Assembly: GCA_902563885.1 (NCBI GenBank)
Contig: CACEYZ010000001.1
Span: 40,013-104,012, forward strand
Direction of reading: 5' to 3'
Length of the DNA stretch: 64,000 bases
Origin: an uncultured SAR86 cluster bacterium
GTDB taxonomy: Bacteria > Pseudomonadota > Gammaproteobacteria > Magnimaribacterales > TMED112
The notes beneath the pieces were generated by a model that was not told where the DNA came from, searched no databases, and saw only the letters and a program-made list of their open reading frames with translations. How positions within the stretch are numbered: the stretch's first letter is position 1; the number at the start of each line of letters is the position of its first letter. This document shows positions 35,792-45,725 of the stretch, in pieces. Made by a program: the position numbers and the translations under genes.

Positions 35792-37247
35792 AGATTTAAC
35801 AAAGGTGCAAAAAGACAGAGAGGAAAAACTTAAAATTCTTAGAGAAAAAGGTTTTAATTATCCAAATAAATTTGAAAAGAAAGATTATCTAGGCGAGATT
35901 TCATCAAAATTTAGCAAAAGTTCAAAAAGCTCACTTGAGGATAAAAAAGTTTCCATATGCACAGCAGGCAGAATAGTTCTGAAACGTGTTATGGGTAACG
36001 CAGCTTTTATGACGCTAGAGGATAGTTCTGGAAGGTTACAGATTTTTTTATCTAGAAATAAACTAAATGAAAAATTAGATGAAGCCAAAGACTTAGATTT
36101 AGGCGATATCATTGGAGTTAAAGGTATTTTGTTTAGAACAAATACTGATGAACTTACAGTAGATCTTGATTCTTTCGAGCTGTTAACAAAATCACTTAAA
36201 CCAATGCCAGAAAAACATAAAGGATTAACAGATATAGAAACTATTTATCGTAAACGCTATTTGGACTTAATGAGCAATCCTGAATCAAGAGAAGTGTTTA
36301 TAAAAAGAAATAAAATTATTAAGTCTCTTCGAACAAATCTTGAATCTAACGGATTTTTAGAAGTTGAAACTCCAATGATGCATCCAATACCAGGAGGAGC
36401 AAATGCAAGACCTTTTGAAACTCATCATAATGCATTAGATAAAAAACTTTACCTTAGAGTAGCCCCAGAGCTATATTTAAAACGACTTCTTGTTGGAGGA
36501 TATGAAAAGGTTTTTGAAATCAATAGAAATTTCAGAAATGAAGGTATTTCGACAATTCATAACCCTGAATTTACTATGCTCGAATTCTATGAAGCATATG
36601 GAGATTTACAAACAACTGCAAAATTTATCCAGAAATTGATTCAAGATAGCATCCTTGCCGTCAATGATTCATTGAAAATTACTTATGATCAAAAAAATAT
36701 TAATTTTGAAAAAGACTTTGAAATAAGGTCACTCAAAGAGTTAGTTAAGGAAGAGCTAAATGTTGAATCTTTAGAGAATGAAGAGGATATATTTGATCTT
36801 GCAAAAAAGAAAAAAATAAAAATAGAAAAAAACTGGGGTTGGGGTAAAGTGCTTCTTGAGCTATTTGAAAAGTTTGTTGAGAAAAAATTATGGCAACCAA
36901 CTTTTGTTAAAGATTATCCTTTTGAGGTGTCTCCTTTATCTAGAAGAAAAGATGAAGAGAAAGAATTTACTGATAGAGTTGAGCTATTTATTGCAGGTAA
37001 AGAATTTGCAAACTTTTTTAATGAGTTGAATGATCCTCATGATCAAGAACAGAGATTCTTAGATCAAGTTAAACAAAAAGACTCAGGAGATGACGAGGCA
37101 ATGTTCTTTGATGATGACTATCTTGATGCTCTATACCATGGAATGCCTCCAGCAGTAGGTGTAGGTATCGGTATAGATAGATTGATTATGCTTGCAACTG
37201 ATAAGACATCAATTAGGGATGTAGTTTTTTTTCCTACTTTAAAGTAA
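35781..37247 (+). CDS. lysS: Lysyl-tRNA synthetase (class II)
   Basis: YRKRYLDL, EVETPMM, GGA.ARPF, FRNEG, G.PP..G.GIGIDRL. Confidence 0.98.
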   Translation: MDSKDLTKVQKDREEKLKILREKGFNYPNKFEKKDYLGEISSKFSKSSKSSLEDKKVSICTAGRIVLKRVMGNAAFMTLEDSSGRLQIFLSRNKLNEKLDEAKDLDLGDIIGVKGILFRTNTDELTVDLDSFELLTKSLKPMPEKHKGLTDIETIYRKRYLDLMSNPESREVFIKRNKIIKSLRTNLESNGFLEVETPMMHPIPGGANARPFETHHNALDKKLYLRVAPELYLKRLLVGGYEKVFEINRNFRNEGISTIHNPEFTMLEFYEAYGDLQTTAKFIQKLIQDSILAVNDSLKITYDQKNINFEKDFEIRSLKELVKEELNVESLENEEDIFDLAKKKKIKIEKNWGWGKVLLELFEKFVEKKLWQPTFVKDYPFEVSPLSRRKDEEKEFTDRVELFIAGKEFANFFNELNDPHDQEQRFLDQVKQKDSGDDEAMFFDDDYLDALYHGMPPAVGVGIGIDRLIMLATDKTSIRDVVFFPTLK

Positions 37248-38225
37248 ATCTTTAACAAGCTCTCTTTCTTCAACTAATTCATTTGAAGTCAAGGCTATTC
37301 TTGATTTGGCAAATTCACTTAAAGAGAAATCTCTTACAATATTAATATTTCCCATGCCATCTGATGTAAGAGGGAATCCAGAAAAAACTCCTTCAGCTAC
37401 TCCATATGAACCATCACTAAGTATTGCAGCATTAAAAACATCACCAGATCTGGTTGGGTTCTCTACTGAAGAAACTGTTTCACATGCAGCTCGTGCAGCG
37501 GATGAGGCAGATGAGGCTCCTCGGGATTTTATAATTTCTGCACCCCTTTGCTGAATTTTTGGAAGGAACTTATGTTCAACCCAATCATGATCATTTATTT
37601 TTTTATAAATAATTTCTCCATCTAGCAAAGCATTCTCTAAATCTGGAAACATAGTAGGGCTATGATTACCAAAAATGGCAAGCCTATATATATCATCCAC
37701 ATGCACTTGAAGTTTCAAAGCAACTTGAGCTTTTGCTCTTAATGCATCGAGCATAGTCATTGCCATCCATTTTTGTGATGGATTATTTGCATTAGTGCAG
37801 CCAATAAGAGCATTTGTATTTGCTGGATTGCCAACAACAAGAATTTTACATGAATCTTTTGCTTTTGAACCTATAGCTTTTCCTTGTTCCGTAAAAATCC
37901 CTCCATTTATTTTTAGAAGATCTGCCCTTTCTTTTATCTCCTTACCATTTAGGACTATCCCTCTCGGAATTGAGCCAACAAGTAAACACCAATCAGCATC
38001 TTCAACTGCAGAGTTGATGTTGTCATGCACTGAAATGGAACTAATATTTGAATAAGCGGAGTCTTCAAGCTCTTTAACAAAACCTGATAGTTTCTCCATT
38101 GCTGAGGGAATTTCTACAAGTGAGAAGTCAATTTTCTCATTACTCTTAAAAATTCCATTTTCACAAAGAAACGGAATAAGTGAATAAGATATTTGTCCAG
38201 CAGCTCCTGTTACAACAACTTTCAT
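37239..38225 (-). CDS. mdh: Malate dehydrogenase (type 2, cytosolic-like) with loop insertion
   Basis: VTGAAGQISYSL, VVGNPANTNA, LD..RA, GNHS.T.FPD, RGA.II..RGASSA.SAA. Confidence 0.9.
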   Translation of the reverse strand: MKVVVTGAAGQISYSLIPFLCENGIFKSNEKIDFSLVEIPSAMEKLSGFVKELEDSAYSNISSISVHDNINSAVEDADWCLLVGSIPRGIVLNGKEIKERADLLKINGGIFTEQGKAIGSKAKDSCKILVVGNPANTNALIGCTNANNPSQKWMAMTMLDALRAKAQVALKLQVHVDDIYRLAIFGNHSPTMFPDLENALLDGEIIYKKINDHDWVEHKFLPKIQQRGAEIIKSRGASSASSAARAACETVSSVENPTRSGDVFNAAILSDGSYGVAEGVFSGFPLTSDGMGNINIVRDFSLSEFAKSRIALTSNELVEERELVKDLL

Positions 38226-38315
38226 AGATTAAAAATTATCTCTATTCTATGTTTACTTGTATCTTAATTCCATTAGAATTTACATTCTGAAGATAATTTT
38301 TTAAGGAGACAACTC

Positions 38316-39233
38316 ATGTCATTAGATTTCGAAGGTAAGGTAGCAATAGTAACAGGTTCCGGTGGCGGTATAGGAAAAGGATATGCACTAGAATTAGGAA
38401 AAAGAGGTGCAAAAGTAGTCGTTAACGATTTAGGAGGGGCTGTAGATGGTTCAGGGGGCTCTCTTACAGCTGCAGAAACTGTTGTAAAAGAAATTCAAGA
38501 TAACGGTGGAGATGCAATGGCAAATGGGGCTAATGTCTGTAATCAAGATGAAGTAAAGAATATGGTCGAACAAGCAATGGAAAAATGGGGCAGAGTGGAT
38601 GTTCTTGTGAATAATGCTGGAATTTTAAGAGATAAATCATTTGCAAAAATGCCTTGGGAAGATTTCGTAACAGTAGTGAACGTTCATTTACTTGGCTCAG
38701 CATTGTGCGCACATACAGTTTTTCCAATAATGAAAGAACAAGAGTATGGAAGAATAATTATGACTTCATCGTCTTCAGGATTATTCGGAAACTTTGGACA
38801 AACAAATTATGGTGCAGCAAAGATGGGTGTTGTTGGTTTAATGAATACATTAAAACTTGAGGGTGCAAAATATAATATACATACAAATGCTATAGCCCCT
38901 ACAGCTACAACAAGAATGACAGAAAGCCTTTTCCCTGATGATTTTAAAGATAAGCTTGATCCAAAATACATTATTCCTGCAGTTATTTTTCTCGCAAGTG
39001 AAAAAGCTCCTAATGGTGAAATTTTGCAAGCAGGAGCAGGTGTAATTGCTAATACATATATCATGGAAACTATGGGCAAGTATTTCGGTACTGATGAAAG
39101 TTTTAATGCTGAGTCAGTTGCAGAGCATTGGCTAGAAGTTTGCGATAATAAAGATGCAAGACGTCCACTTCAAGGAGGGGATGTAGCAATTAAGCATTTT
39201 GAAACAATTGGGAAAGCTGAACAAAATAAATAG
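38316..39233 (+). CDS. SDR oxidoreductase, MFE-2/(3R)-hydroxyacyl-CoA dehydrogenase-like
   Basis: TGSGGGIG, VVVNDLGG..DG.G, NNAGILRD, GNFGQTNYGAAK. Confidence 0.88.
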   Translation: MSLDFEGKVAIVTGSGGGIGKGYALELGKRGAKVVVNDLGGAVDGSGGSLTAAETVVKEIQDNGGDAMANGANVCNQDEVKNMVEQAMEKWGRVDVLVNNAGILRDKSFAKMPWEDFVTVVNVHLLGSALCAHTVFPIMKEQEYGRIIMTSSSSGLFGNFGQTNYGAAKMGVVGLMNTLKLEGAKYNIHTNAIAPTATTRMTESLFPDDFKDKLDPKYIIPAVIFLASEKAPNGEILQAGAGVIANTYIMETMGKYFGTDESFNAESVAEHWLEVCDNKDARRPLQGGDVAIKHFETIGKAEQNK

Positions 39234-39244
39234 TTTCCCAGAAA

Positions 39245-39276
39245 GCACCGCCATAGTTGCAGACCTACAGCAGTGC
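39245..39276 (-). terminator. GC-rich hairpin after nrdB (probable terminator or 3' stabiliser)
   Basis: Minus strand GCACUGCUGUAG-8nt-CUAUGGCGGUGC: 12 bp with 3 G-U pairs that form only on this strand, followed by UUUCU. Confidence 0.6.
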
Positions 39277-39287
39277 AAGCTTAGGAC

Positions 39288-40568
39288 TTAATCAAAATTA
39301 AGAGCACCACCGACCTGGTAATCGATTACTCTTGTTTCAAAGAAATTCTTTTCCTTTTTAAGGTCCATAATCTCAGACATCCACGGAAACGGATTTTCAA
39401 CCCCTGCATACTCTTCAGTAAGACCTATTTGTTGCAACCTACGGTTACAAATAAATTTTAGATACTCTTCCATAACTTTTGCATTCATTCCAAGAACACC
39501 CCTTGGCATAGTATCTCTAGCATATTCAATCTCGAGATTCGTACCTTCGACAATCATATCTTTTGCACGTTTTTTCATATCATCATCCCATAAGTGTGGA
39601 TTCTCGTTGATTATGGTATTTATCACATCAATCCCGAAGTTTACGTGCATAGACTCATCTCGCATAATGTATTGAAATTGTTCACTCACTCCTGTCATCT
39701 TATTCCTTCTTCCCATTGATAATATTTGTGAGAAGCCACAATAAAAAAACATTCCCTCGAGAACACAGTAATATGCAACCAAATTACTTAAGAACTCTTT
39801 ATCTTTTTCAGGGGTTCCAGTTTCAAAAGAAGGATCTTCAAGTTGTTTTGTATATTTCAAACCCCAAGATGCTTTCTTTTCTACACATGGAACTTCTCTA
39901 TACATATTAAAAATTTCTCCTTCATCCATTCCTAAAGACTCAACACAGTATTGATATGCATGTGTATGTATGGCCTCTTCAAAGGCTTGTCTGAGAAGAT
40001 ACTGCCTGCACTCTGGATTTGTGATTAGTCTGTAAACTGCTAAGACAATATTGTTTGCAACTAAGGAATCAGCAGTTGAAAAGAATCCTAAGCTTCTTTT
40101 TACAATCATTCTTTCATCATCTGTTAAGCCATCAGGATCCTTCCAAAGTGCAATATCGGCATTCATATTTACTTCTTGCGGCATCCAGTGATTGGCACTT
40201 CCATCCAAATACTTTTGCCAAGCCCACTTATATTTAAAGGGAACAAGTTGGTTGAGATCTGCCCTTGAATTAATCATGGCTTTTTGCCCAACTTGCACCC
40301 TGCCTTCTAGTACGTCTTGCATTTTTTGTTTTGCAATTTCTAAATCTTCTTCCGTTGGTTCTTTTTTGGTAATGTAATTTTCAAGATCCATCAGATCATT
40401 TGTAACTTCCGGTTTAGAGTTTATTTCTACTTTTGGTGCTGGTTCTACATTCTGAACTGCACTTTGAACTTGAACCTCATTATTCTGAGTTTCTGATACT
40501 TGAGGTTCAGTTTTTTTCTCCTGACTCTCAAGATTTTCGGTTTTTTCTGTGCTATCCCAATCTAACAT
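39288..40568 (-). CDS. nrdB: Class Ia ribonucleotide reductase beta subunit
   Basis: [24 protein letters not shown] (radical Tyr), DESMH, NFFETRV. Confidence 0.96.
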   Translation of the reverse strand: MLDWDSTEKTENLESQEKKTEPQVSETQNNEVQVQSAVQNVEPAPKVEINSKPEVTNDLMDLENYITKKEPTEEDLEIAKQKMQDVLEGRVQVGQKAMINSRADLNQLVPFKYKWAWQKYLDGSANHWMPQEVNMNADIALWKDPDGLTDDERMIVKRSLGFFSTADSLVANNIVLAVYRLITNPECRQYLLRQAFEEAIHTHAYQYCVESLGMDEGEIFNMYREVPCVEKKASWGLKYTKQLEDPSFETGTPEKDKEFLSNLVAYYCVLEGMFFYCGFSQILSMGRRNKMTGVSEQFQYIMRDESMHVNFGIDVINTIINENPHLWDDDMKKRAKDMIVEGTNLEIEYARDTMPRGVLGMNAKVMEEYLKFICNRRLQQIGLTEEYAGVENPFPWMSEIMDLKKEKNFFETRVIDYQVGGALNFD

Positions 40569-40586
40569 AATATTCTCCTTAAAATT

Positions 40587-43412
40587 TTACTGACATGCCT
40601 CACAATCTGGATCCAGAATGCTACAAGCCTTTGGGGCTTGACTCGCTGCCATATTCTCCTCTCTGTTCGTTTCTACTGCATTTAAACTTCCTTTATCGAC
40701 AGTAGCCTTTTCTGTCGAAGTAGCTCCTATTGCTCTCAAGTAATATGTTGTTTTTAGTCCTTTGTACCATGCCATTTTGTAAGTGTTATCTAGTTTTTTC
40801 CCATCTACATTACTAATATATAGATTCAAAGACTGCGCTTGGTCGATCCACTTTTGTCGACGACTTGCTGATTCAACTATAAATTTTGGTTCAACCTCGA
40901 AAGCAGTTTGAAACATATTTTTTATATTTTTAGGAACCCTATTAATGCTTGCTAATGATCCCTCTGAGTACTTTAAATCTGCTATCATCACGTCGTCCCA
41001 AAGCTGTTCTTTTTTCAGCTCTTCAACAAGGTATGGATTAATAACAGTAAATTCTCCAGATAAATTGGATTTAACATATAAGTTTTGGTATGTAGGCTCA
41101 ATACACGGCGATACTCCAGTAATATTGGCTATTGTCGCAGTTGGAGCTATAGCCATTACATTTGAGTTTCTCATGCCATGTTTTTTTACCTGATCCCTAA
41201 CTTTCTTCCAATCAAGCTTGGCATCAGTATTTTGGTCAATAAAATCCGCACCTCTCTCTTCAGCAAGAATTTTTATCGAGTCTAATGGGAAAATTCCTTG
41301 ATCCCACAAAGACCCTGCATAACTTTCATATGTTCCTCTCTCTTCAGCTAGCTCGGCTGACGCCTGAATAGCAAAATAGCTTATAAGTTCCATAGACTCA
41401 TCAGCGAAATTAACAGCTTCTTCTGAATTGTATGGGATGTTTAGTTTGTACAGTGCATCTTGAAAGCCCATCATTCCCAACCCAATAGGACGATGTTTTT
41501 TATTTGAGTTTTCTGCTTGCGGTACTGGATAGTAATTAATATCTATCACGTTATCTAACATTCTTATTGCTGTTTTAACTGACGATTTCAATTGCTCGAC
41601 GTTAATTTTCCCATCTTGTATGTGTTGGGGCAAGTTAATGCTGCCTAAGTTGCAAACTGCAATTTCATCTTTATTTGTGTTCAGTGTTATTTCTGTACAA
41701 AGATTTGAGGAGTGTACTGTGCCAACATGCCCTTGTGGTGATCTTATATTGCATGGGTCTTTGAATGTAATCCATGGATGTCCAGTCTCAAAAAGCATTG
41801 TTAAGATTTTTCTCCATAAATCTTCTGCTTTGATTTTTTTGAAAAGCTTAATCTCACCTGAAGCGGCAAGTTTTTCATAGTCTTCATATTTCTTCTCAAA
41901 CTCTTTACCATACAAATCATGTAGTTCAGGTGCATCAGAAGGTGAAAATAGTGTCCATTCCTCATTTTTCATCAGCCTCTTCATGAATAAATCAGGAATC
42001 CAGTTTGCTGTATTCATATCATGAGTTCTTCTTCTGTCGTCTCCAGTATTTTTCCTTAATTCAAGAAACTCCTCTACATCTAGGTGCCAACATTCCAAAT
42101 AAGCACAAAAGGCGCCCTTTCTTTTACCACCTTGATTAACAGCAACAGCTGTATCATTTGATACCTTTAAGAAAGGAACAATGCCTTGGCTTTTCCCGTT
42201 AGTACCTTTGATTCTTGAACCGAGTGCTCTTACATTTGTCCAATCATTCCCTAAACCACCTGCCCATTTTGATAACATTGCGTTGTCGTGTATCGCACCA
42301 TAAATCCCACTTAAATCATCAGGAACAGTTGTTAGATAACATGAAGATAATTGTGGTCTTCTTGTACCGGAGTTAAACAATGTAGGAGTAGAACTCATGT
42401 AATCAAAACTTGAGAGTAATTTATAAAATTCCTCAGCTTTGTCGTTCTTATCTTTTTCATCTACAGAAAGACCCATAGCCACTCTCATCAAGAAAACCTG
42501 AGGCATTTCATATCTTGTATCCTCGTGGGTAATAAAATATCTATCGTAGAGAGTTTGTAGGCCTAAAAATGTAAAATTAAGATCATTTTCTGCTTTTATA
42601 CTTTTCCCCAGCCTGTCTAAATCAAAGTCTTTTAACCTTTCATCTAGGAACTCAAGCTCAATACCCCTTTCTATCGAGCCCACTAAGGCTTTTTGATACA
42701 TTTTTGATCTGTCCTTTTTTATTGATGTATCAATATCTAAAAAACGTAATACCTCATTTTCAATATCATCTAATAGCAGTCGAGCTGTTACAAAGGAGTA
42801 GTTTGGTTCTTTTTCTACAAAGGTTCTAGCTGCAATTAAAATGCAGTTTGAAAGATCTTCTTCTGATATTCCTTCGTATGCTGTAGCTCTAATAGCTTCA
42901 ATTAGCTCTTCTGGATTTACATCAACCAGCCCTTCGCAAGCTTTATGCACTTTGCTTTCGAACCCTTCGCTTACTTCATTATTTGAGCTTTCTTCATATT
43001 TTTGTGATGTAGTCTCACGTTTTAGCTGTTCCTCGTTTCTTTGATTTTTTCTTTCCTCTCTATAAAGAACATATGATCTTGCAACTTTTTGATGCTCATT
43101 TCTCATTAATTGCAACTCGACCTGATCTTGAATGTCTTCTATATGAAGTGACCCCCCAGAAGGCATTCTTCTTTCAAAAACAGAAACGACATCATCAGTA
43201 AGCTGTTCTACCTGATCATGTATTCTTGTTGAAGCAGCGGCAGAACTTCCCTCAACAGCTAGAAAAGCTTTCATAATTGCAACTTTGATTTTTTCTCTAT
43301 CAAAGGCAACAACTTTGCCGTTTCTTTTCATTACTCGCATCTTTCCAGGTTTGAGTGCGAAGTTAGGAGAAAGCTCTTCTTTTGTTCCTGTTTCTGTTAT
43401 CTGTTGTTCCAT
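40587..43412 (-). CDS. nrdA: Class Ia ribonucleotide reductase alpha subunit with N-terminal ATP cone
   Basis: V.KRNG ATP cone, SSTPTLFNSG, SSCY, SNLCTEI, APTA, TYY, C-terminal CxxxxxxCxxC; start moved to ATG 43412. Confidence 0.97.
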   Translation of the reverse strand: MEQQITETGTKEELSPNFALKPGKMRVMKRNGKVVAFDREKIKVAIMKAFLAVEGSSAAASTRIHDQVEQLTDDVVSVFERRMPSGGSLHIEDIQDQVELQLMRNEHQKVARSYVLYREERKNQRNEEQLKRETTSQKYEESSNNEVSEGFESKVHKACEGLVDVNPEELIEAIRATAYEGISEEDLSNCILIAARTFVEKEPNYSFVTARLLLDDIENEVLRFLDIDTSIKKDRSKMYQKALVGSIERGIELEFLDERLKDFDLDRLGKSIKAENDLNFTFLGLQTLYDRYFITHEDTRYEMPQVFLMRVAMGLSVDEKDKNDKAEEFYKLLSSFDYMSSTPTLFNSGTRRPQLSSCYLTTVPDDLSGIYGAIHDNAMLSKWAGGLGNDWTNVRALGSRIKGTNGKSQGIVPFLKVSNDTAVAVNQGGKRKGAFCAYLECWHLDVEEFLELRKNTGDDRRRTHDMNTANWIPDLFMKRLMKNEEWTLFSPSDAPELHDLYGKEFEKKYEDYEKLAASGEIKLFKKIKAEDLWRKILTMLFETGHPWITFKDPCNIRSPQGHVGTVHSSNLCTEITLNTNKDEIAVCNLGSINLPQHIQDGKINVEQLKSSVKTAIRMLDNVIDINYYPVPQAENSNKKHRPIGLGMMGFQDALYKLNIPYNSEEAVNFADESMELISYFAIQASAELAEERGTYESYAGSLWDQGIFPLDSIKILAEERGADFIDQNTDAKLDWKKVRDQVKKHGMRNSNVMAIAPTATIANITGVSPCIEPTYQNLYVKSNLSGEFTVINPYLVEELKKEQLWDDVMIADLKYSEGSLASINRVPKNIKNMFQTAFEVEPKFIVESASRRQKWIDQAQSLNLYISNVDGKKLDNTYKMAWYKGLKTTYYLRAIGATSTEKATVDKGSLNAVETNREENMAASQAPKACSILDPDCEACQ

Positions 43413-43459
43413 ACCACTATGTATTCTTCTATAGATATGATTTACATTCAAGTATTTCA

Positions 43460-43506
43460 ACACAATATGTTGTGTTATTTTTATATTCTTACACAATATG
43501 ATGGGG
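43460..43506. promoter_or_regulatory. Tandem NrdR boxes upstream of nrdA
   Basis: ACACAATATGTTGTGT (43460-43475) and ACACAATATGATGGGG (43491-43506), 31-bp period, matching acaCwAtATaTwGtgt. Confidence 0.9.
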
Positions 43507-43512
43507 TTTTTC

Positions 43513-43532
43513 TGTTGATAACTTATGGATAA
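43513..43532 (-). promoter_or_regulatory. Two DnaA-box-like 9-mers upstream of nrdA
   Basis: TTATCAACA (43513-43521) and TTATCCATA (43524-43532) on minus strand, one mismatch each to TTWTNCACA. Confidence 0.6.
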
Positions 43533-43603
43533 AATTTTAAATTTTAGCTGGGATGCCTTTGAAATCGTGACTTTAATGTGTATTCTTTAGTTTACAAAAT
43601 TTC

Positions 43604-44791
43604 ATGAAAATACAAGTTTTAAATAATATTTCGAAAGCTGGATTAGATATTCTTGAAGAGAATAAATTTGTTATTTGTGGGGAGAATGAAGAAGACTTTT
43701 CAGGAATCGTTTTAAGAAGTAAAAATATATTTGAAGCCAAATATGAAAGAAGTTTATTTGCAATTTCAAGAGCAGGAGCCGGAACAAATAATATAAATGT
43801 TCAAAACTGTTCAGAAAAAGGAATAGTTGTTTTTAATACTCCTGGAGCAAACGCAAATGCAGTAAAAGAAATGGTTATTTGTGCCTTAATTCTTGGAAAA
43901 AGAGATTTAGTAACGGGCAATAGAACTCTTGACTCTATTGATATTGATGACTTGAATGATGATGAAGTTGCTGTGGAAATAGAGAGTATGAAAAAACAAT
44001 TTGTTGGGCAAGAGGTAAGCGAGAAAAAATTATGTGTTTTGGGTCTGGGTGCAATTGGTTCCCTTGTCGCAAGCCAAGCAACGAGTCTAGGGATGCAAGT
44101 TCAGGGATATGATCCAGGGCTAACAGTCGATGTTGCTTTAGGCTTGCCATCAACTTTAATTAGATGCAACTCAATTGAAGAGGCTTTGAAAGACGCAGAT
44201 TACGTATCCTTACATATTCCACTAAATGGTGAAACCAAGGGAATGATAAATAAAAAAATCTTCAATTCTTTTAAAAAGGATTGTGTGCTTGTTAATTTTT
44301 CAAGAGGAGGCATAGTGCATGAGGAAGATCTGATTGATGCTCTCGAAAAAGAGCAAATTTATAAATACATAACAGATTTTCCTACTAAAAAACTTTTGCA
44401 AAGGTTGAAAAGTAAAAAAGATATTATTATTTTTCCTCATCTTGGAGCAAGCACAAAAGAAAGTGAAGAGAATTGTGCCAGGATGGCATGTATGCAAATA
44501 TCTAATTTTTTAAAATTTGGGAAAATAGAAAATAGTGTTAACTTTCCAAACATTAACTCTGATACTATTGCGAAGCATAGAATTTTCATAACGAATAAAA
44601 ATCATCCGGGCATTATTAGTCAAGTTGCTGAAACTCTAGCAAATGAAAAGATAAATATTCTAGAATTTGTGAACAAAAGCAGAGGAGAATTTGCTTGTAA
44701 TATTATCGACTCTGATGAAAAGTTCGACGATCAAACAATTTCTAAACTTCTTAACATAAACGGAGTTACAAATGCCAGAGTATGTTACTAA
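43604..44791 (+). CDS. serA: D-3-phosphoglycerate dehydrogenase (short type with C-terminal ACT domain)
   Basis: RAGAGTNN, NTPGANANAVKE, GLGAIG, NFSRG, PHLGAST.E.E, N.N.PG ACT domain. Confidence 0.9.
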   Translation: MKIQVLNNISKAGLDILEENKFVICGENEEDFSGIVLRSKNIFEAKYERSLFAISRAGAGTNNINVQNCSEKGIVVFNTPGANANAVKEMVICALILGKRDLVTGNRTLDSIDIDDLNDDEVAVEIESMKKQFVGQEVSEKKLCVLGLGAIGSLVASQATSLGMQVQGYDPGLTVDVALGLPSTLIRCNSIEEALKDADYVSLHIPLNGETKGMINKKIFNSFKKDCVLVNFSRGGIVHEEDLIDALEKEQIYKYITDFPTKKLLQRLKSKKDIIIFPHLGASTKESEENCARMACMQISNFLKFGKIENSVNFPNINSDTIAKHRIFITNKNHPGIISQVAETLANEKINILEFVNKSRGEFACNIIDSDEKFDDQTISKLLNINGVTNARVCY

Positions 44792-45003
44792 AAAAACAGG
44801 GTTTTTTTTGTTAAAAACTGTTGATTTTCTCACAAGACCATAAACTGCCCTATTTTACAAAGGAAAATTGGAGTTAAGATATATTATTTTGATATGAAAT
44901 CTCTGAAAAGCCCATTTTAACTGGTTTTTTTTATATTGATTAAAAATTATACAAATTCATCAAAGCCTGTGCTTCATGAAGGGTTTATGAAATTTTCAGG
45001 CAC

Positions 45004-45038
45004 TTTTCCCCAAAGTTATCCACAGTTTTTGTGGATAA
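45004..45038. promoter_or_regulatory. Cluster of three DnaA boxes (DARS-like core) upstream of ung
   Basis: TTTTCCCCA (45004-12), perfect TTATCCACA (45016-24), perfect inverted TGTGGATAA (45030-38). Confidence 0.8.
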
Positions 45039-45062
45039 AAAAAATGTGTTATTTTTAAGTAA

Positions 45063-45725
45063 ATGAATGACATTCTTTCTTGGCAAAATTTTATTAATCA
45101 AGAGACTAAAAAACCCTATTTCAAGGAAATTAAAACCTCTATAATTAAATCAAACAGGGCTGGCAATAATATATTTCCACCACCAAAAGATTTTTTCAAA
45201 GCTTTTGAAAAGTGTGATTATGAGACAACTAAAATTGTAATTATTGGGCAAGATCCATACCCAACAGTTGGCGTAGCTAATGGTTTGGCATTTTCTGTAA
45301 ATAAAAATATAAAAATACCTGCATCACTAAAAAATATATTTAAAGAAATCGAAGATGATTTAAAAATTGTGAATAATCATGGAGATTTAACATCATGGGC
45401 AGAGCAGGGAGTTCTTCTTCTTAATGTAAATTTGTCAGTAGTCGAAGGAAAGCCTGGCTCTCATTCAAAAATTGGATGGGAAAAATTCACCGATTTAGTA
45501 ATTTCAAAGATACAAAAGAAAGGCTCAATTATTTTTTTACTTTGGGGAAATTATGCAAAGACAAAAAAAAGTCTTATTGGCAAAAACAATTACATTCTCG
45601 AAGCAGCTCATCCTTCTCCATTGTCTGCACATAATGGCTTTTTTGGATGTAAGCACTTTTCAAAAGCAAATAAAATTTTACTGAATGAGGGAATTAAACC
45701 CATTGACTGGCAACTGGGAGAATAA
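45063..45725 (+). CDS. ung: Uracil-DNA glycosylase (family 1)
   Basis: GQDPY, GLAFS, WAEQGVLLLN, LWG..A, HPSPLS. Confidence 0.98.
   Translation: MNDILSWQNFINQETKKPYFKEIKTSIIKSNRAGNNIFPPPKDFFKAFEKCDYETTKIVIIGQDPYPTVGVANGLAFSVNKNIKIPASLKNIFKEIEDDLKIVNNHGDLTSWAEQGVLLLNVNLSVVEGKPGSHSKIGWEKFTDLVISKIQKKGSIIFLLWGNYAKTKKSLIGKNNYILEAAHPSPLSAHNGFFGCKHFSKANKILLNEGIKPIDWQLGE

Noticed and set aside
39288..40568. Class Ic (Mn/Fe) RNR beta subunit
   Set aside because: Radical Tyr (HTHAY) and Asp first ligand (TADS) are present, indicating class Ia
43413..43496. 28-aa N-terminal extension of NrdA
   Set aside because: Overlaps the NrdR boxes/promoter; ATG 43412 is the more plausible start
44792..45062. oriC
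   Set aside because: No dnaA/dnaN/gidA nearby, few boxes, and gene orientation bias does not switch across the site; whole-genome skew is needed to exclude it
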